Source: Candidatus Omnitrophota bacterium (GTDB lineage: Bacteria > Omnitrophota > Gorgyraeia > Duberdicusellales > 4484-171). Taken from it: a DNA stretch of 64,000 nt. This document shows, in pieces, positions 61,036 through 64,000 of the stretch. Within the stretch, counting starts at the first letter, position 1. The number at the start of each line of letters is the position of its first letter. The notes beneath the pieces are model-generated. The model had not been told where the DNA came from. It ran no database searches and saw nothing but the letters and a program-made list of their open reading frames with translations. The stretch covers positions 104,176 through 168,175 of the forward strand of contig JBDRAN010000006.1 in the NCBI GenBank assembly GCA_043823745.1, read 5' to 3'. A program made the position numbers and the translations under genes.

Positions 61036-63015
61036 ATGAGATTTAGCCTTAATTTTATAAAAGAATTCGTTGACGTTTTGCTTCCTGCTCGGGAGCTTGC
61101 CAACCGGCTGACCATGGTGGGTATGGAGGTGGAGCATTTCGAACCCTGCGGTGATGATTGGGTCTTTGATATTGAGGTAACCTCAAACCGGTACGATTGG
61201 CTCTCGATGCTGGGGATTGCCCGGGAAGTTGCTGCAGCCTGCGGCTGCCGCGCGAGGATTGTTTACCCCGACATTCCCAAGAAACCACTCCTTTCAGAGC
61301 CAGCGATCATTATCGAAGATGAGCGTGATTGCCCTTTGTATATTGCCCGCGTCATTCACAGCGTTACCATTAAAGACGCTCCCGCGTATATGCGGTCGCG
61401 CCTGATTAATTGCGGTTTAACCTCGATCAACAATGTTGTTGATATTACCAATTATTGTATGCTCACCTGGGGCAATCCGCTGCACGCTTTTGACGCGGAT
61501 AAACTCCATGGCGATATTTATGTGCGTCGCGCAAAGTCTGGCGAGCAGTTTATCGGCATTGATGGCAAAGAGCGCAGGCTTTCAGAGGTTAATCTGGTTA
61601 TTGCTGATAGCAAAAAAGTTGTGGCTCTCGCCGGCGTGATGGGCGCCAAAAATACGGAAGTTGATGCCGGGACTAAAAATATTTTCCTTGAGGCCGCATT
61701 ATTTTCTCCGGTTGTTGTGCGCCGTAGCCGCAGGGCCATGGGCCTTGATACGGATTCTTCCTATCGCTTTGAACGCAAAGTTTTTGGCGAGTATGTTGGT
61801 TATGCATCAGCGCAGGCAAGCAATCTGATTGCTGAACACGCGCGCGGCACCTTTGCCGGATGGCGCCAGGCCGGGCGCCTTAAGCGTTCGCGCGATAAAA
61901 GAATAGCGATCAGCTTGCGTGCACTCAATGATTACCTGGGCGATGAGTTTCCCAAAAAGAAAGTGACGCAGATTTTGTCTGGATTGGGTTTTACGGTACG
62001 ACAAAAAAACGCGGACATCCTGAATCTGGGGGTTCCCGGCTTCAGGCTCGATATTGAGCGGGATGTCGATGTTTACGAGGAATTTATTCGTGTTTTCGGC
62101 TACGAGAATATCTGCGATTATCTTCCGCACCTTTCGCATACGCACACAGGCGCATCGCTTTATCATTTCAAGAGCGTAACCAAGCATTGCTTAGCTACCC
62201 TAGGCTTTAAGGAAATTGTCACCTATAGCATTGAAGCGAGTAATCGGCTCGCGGATTTAGGGTATTCAGAAGTGGTCACGCTTACCAATCCCTTGCGCGA
62301 GCAGGAAAATGCTCTGCGGCCCCAGCTTGTTACTGGAAGCCTTGATGCTTTGCGTTATAATATCAATCGCGGCCAGGAAGATATGAGTTTTTTTGAGTTA
62401 GCCAATGTATATATGCGCCGGGGCGAAGGATTTATCGAGAAGCCGATACTTGTGGTAGCGCTCTGTCGCAATGCGGATGATTTCGCGACGCTTAAGGGCG
62501 TTATCGGGGAACTCCTGCAACAGCTTTCAGTGTCATTTGAATTACACGAACTTACGTTTGCTAATTTTACCAATGCGTTGGCGATCGTAAGCGATGGTGT
62601 TGAACTTGGTTTTATCGGGCGGCTCGATACGTCGGCGCGAACGCTCTTAGATATTAAGAAGGATGTTGTTCTCGCGCACCTCGATGTGACAATGATGGCT
62701 CAACAGGCAGGCTCCAAGCGCTATGCGCCGTTTAGCGCTTACCCGGCAGTCTGGCGCGATGTCAGCGTTGCGTATCAAGACAGCATTACGTTTAAAGATA
62801 TCGAGCAGTGTATCAGACAAGATACAGCCATCATTACACAGGTGTGCGTCATCGATACGTATCAAGGTAAGGATATCCCGGCGAATCACCGCGCCTGTAC
62901 CGTGCGGATCTATTATCAGTCTCGCGAGTGTACACTTACTTCCCAGGAAGTTGATGGTCTTCAAGTCGCGATTCGCCAGCGTCTTGCGCAGAAACAAGGC
63001 GTTCTCGTGCGTTAG
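61036..63015 (+). CDS. pheT: Phenylalanine--tRNA ligase beta subunit (short form, 659 aa)
   Basis: MRFSLNFIKEFVDV... has B3/B4, B5 and C-terminal FDX-ACB-like regions. It appears to lack the N-terminal tRNA-binding OB domain of 800-aa forms. Confidence 0.9.
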   Translation: MRFSLNFIKEFVDVLLPARELANRLTMVGMEVEHFEPCGDDWVFDIEVTSNRYDWLSMLGIAREVAAACGCRARIVYPDIPKKPLLSEPAIIIEDERDCPLYIARVIHSVTIKDAPAYMRSRLINCGLTSINNVVDITNYCMLTWGNPLHAFDADKLHGDIYVRRAKSGEQFIGIDGKERRLSEVNLVIADSKKVVALAGVMGAKNTEVDAGTKNIFLEAALFSPVVVRRSRRAMGLDTDSSYRFERKVFGEYVGYASAQASNLIAEHARGTFAGWRQAGRLKRSRDKRIAISLRALNDYLGDEFPKKKVTQILSGLGFTVRQKNADILNLGVPGFRLDIERDVDVYEEFIRVFGYENICDYLPHLSHTHTGASLYHFKSVTKHCLATLGFKEIVTYSIEASNRLADLGYSEVVTLTNPLREQENALRPQLVTGSLDALRYNINRGQEDMSFFELANVYMRRGEGFIEKPILVVALCRNADDFATLKGVIGELLQQLSVSFELHELTFANFTNALAIVSDGVELGFIGRLDTSARTLLDIKKDVVLAHLDVTMMAQQAGSKRYAPFSAYPAVWRDVSVAYQDSITFKDIEQCIRQDTAIITQVCVIDTYQGKDIPANHRACTVRIYYQSRECTLTSQEVDGLQVAIRQRLAQKQGVLVR

Positions 63016-63456
63016 CCGGAAAAATGCAATTGAAAAGTCAAAAACTTCATAACTCCAAACAGTGTTGTAGTTATGTTAAAAGCATGTTGTGATAAAAGGT
63101 ACAACATTTTTCCGGCATACCCCGCCGTTTCTCTAAATTTCCACAGGAAATTTCGGCGGCGGCCCGCGGGTATTCTCTGAAACCGTTTACAGTGTTGTGG
63201 GGCCGTTTCCTTGAAATGAGACAGGCAGCGTGTTATAATACAATTAGAAAATACCCTGCCTGTCACGTCGACAGGTCAATGTGCTACAGCTAATACCATT
63301 TATTCGGGAGCCAAATTTCCATTCGCTTTGGCGAAACGGACGAGGCGCCCACTTGTAAGAGAAGAACTTGTAGCAGCCCCTGTGGACGGACTTACGGTGG
63401 GGTTTTTCTTTTAGCCCCCGCTTCCTGCATACTAAAATCATACATTCAATATTTTC

Positions 63457-64000
63457 ATGGAATCTTGCGATACTCCTCTTGCGGTTCGAATGCGGCCGCG
63501 CACAATTTCTGAATTTGTTGGTCAGGCACAGTCGATGGGTGAAGGAAAGCTTCTTCGTCGGGCAATACGTGCCAAGCGGCTACCGTCAGTTATTCTCTGG
63601 GGGCCCTCTGGCTGTGGAAAGACTACTCTGGGCATCCTTATATCACAGGAGCTCGGAGCTTGCTTCGAATACCTGAATGCCGCTTTTGCGACCGTTACGG
63701 TTGTCAAACGGGTTATCGATGCTGCCAAGAAGGTGCGTGAGGCCGAAGGAAGAAAGACATGCATTTTTATTGATGAAATACATCGTTTCAACAAATTACA
63801 ACAGGAAGCCCTGATCCCTGACACTGAGCTTGGCACCATCAGTTTTGTCGGCGCTACGATCTATAACCCTTCGTATTACCTGATCCCGTCACTTATCTCC
63901 CGTTCCGTCGTAGCGGCTTTTAAACCGCTTTCTCAGGATGATTTACTGGTGCTCATGCGCCGCGCCCTTTCCGATAACGAGCGCGGCTTAGGCCTAAGCG
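63457..64000 (+). CDS. rarA: Replication-associated recombination protein A (AAA+ ATPase RarA/MgsA), 5' partial that runs off the window
   Basis: Hand translation from the ATG at 63457 gives MESCDTPLAVRMRPRTISEFVGQAQ...ILWGPSGCGKTTLG...IFIDEIHRFNKLQQEALIP...GATIYNPS. This ORF is absent from the supplied track because it has no stop inside the window. Confidence 0.8.
   Translation, partial: MESCDTPLAVRMRPRTISEFVGQAQSMGEGKLLRRAIRAKRLPSVILWGPSGCGKTTLGILISQELGACFEYLNAAFATVTVVKRVIDAAKKVREAEGRKTCIFIDEIHRFNKLQQEALIPDTELGTISFVGATIYNPSYYLIPSLISRSVVAAFKPLSQDDLLVLMRRALSDNERGLGLS

Noticed and set aside
63481-63500. tRNA-like T-arm string GCGGTTCGAATGCGGCC, which suggests a tmRNA or tRNA fragment
   Set aside because: The flanking bases are not complementary (gcgg/gcgg), so no T-stem forms. 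It lies inside the rarA coding frame and encodes AVRMRP.

Overview
The window is a bacterial chromosomal segment of about 50% GC that starts next to the replication origin. It carries dnaA, dnaN, a DciA/DUF721-like gene, gyrB and gyrA. Every confident gene in the 64 kb is on the + strand. Most content is housekeeping.

Annotated content:
- Three tRNAs: Glu-UUC, Arg-CCG and Val-UAC.
- glmS, rsmI and an M42 peptidase.
- A pyrimidine pathway ordered as in Bacillus (pyrR-pyrB-pyrC ... carA ... carB+carB' ... pyrK ... pyrD ... pyrF), but broken into pieces by inserted blocks.
- Two tandem full-length carB paralogs.
- A Mut7-C RNase plus EndoQ (PHP-domain endonuclease Q) pair.
- An ArnT/GT2/LAB_N glycolipid-modification module, a PabB-PabC fusion, and mutM.
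- A V-type ATPase operon with the chlamydia-like order E-(DUF2764-like)-A-B-D-I-K.
- thrS-infC-rpmI-rplT with a structured L20-leader-like 5' UTR.
- trkA-trkA-trkH, pheS-pheT, and a partial rarA at the 3' edge.

No CRISPR array, rRNA, transposase/integrase or recognisable defence-system gene is visible.

The most unusual signals are small-scale:
- A roughly 76-bp hairpin-forming dispersed repeat in two inverted copies (11.1 kb and 40.6 kb).
- A tRNA-Glu-flanked AT-rich islet bounded by a 21-bp direct repeat of the tRNA 3' end.
- An AT-rich islet beside tRNA-Val.
- G8/G6/C8 homopolymer tracts that coincide with gene disruptions.
- Inverted arrays of 7-bp tandem repeats downstream of tRNA-Arg.
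- An 8-bp x4 palindromic tandem repeat inside pyrK.
- A recurring ACGCGAAT/ATTAGCG intergenic motif.

All calls rest on reading the sequence and motif-level recall of protein families. No database search was run.
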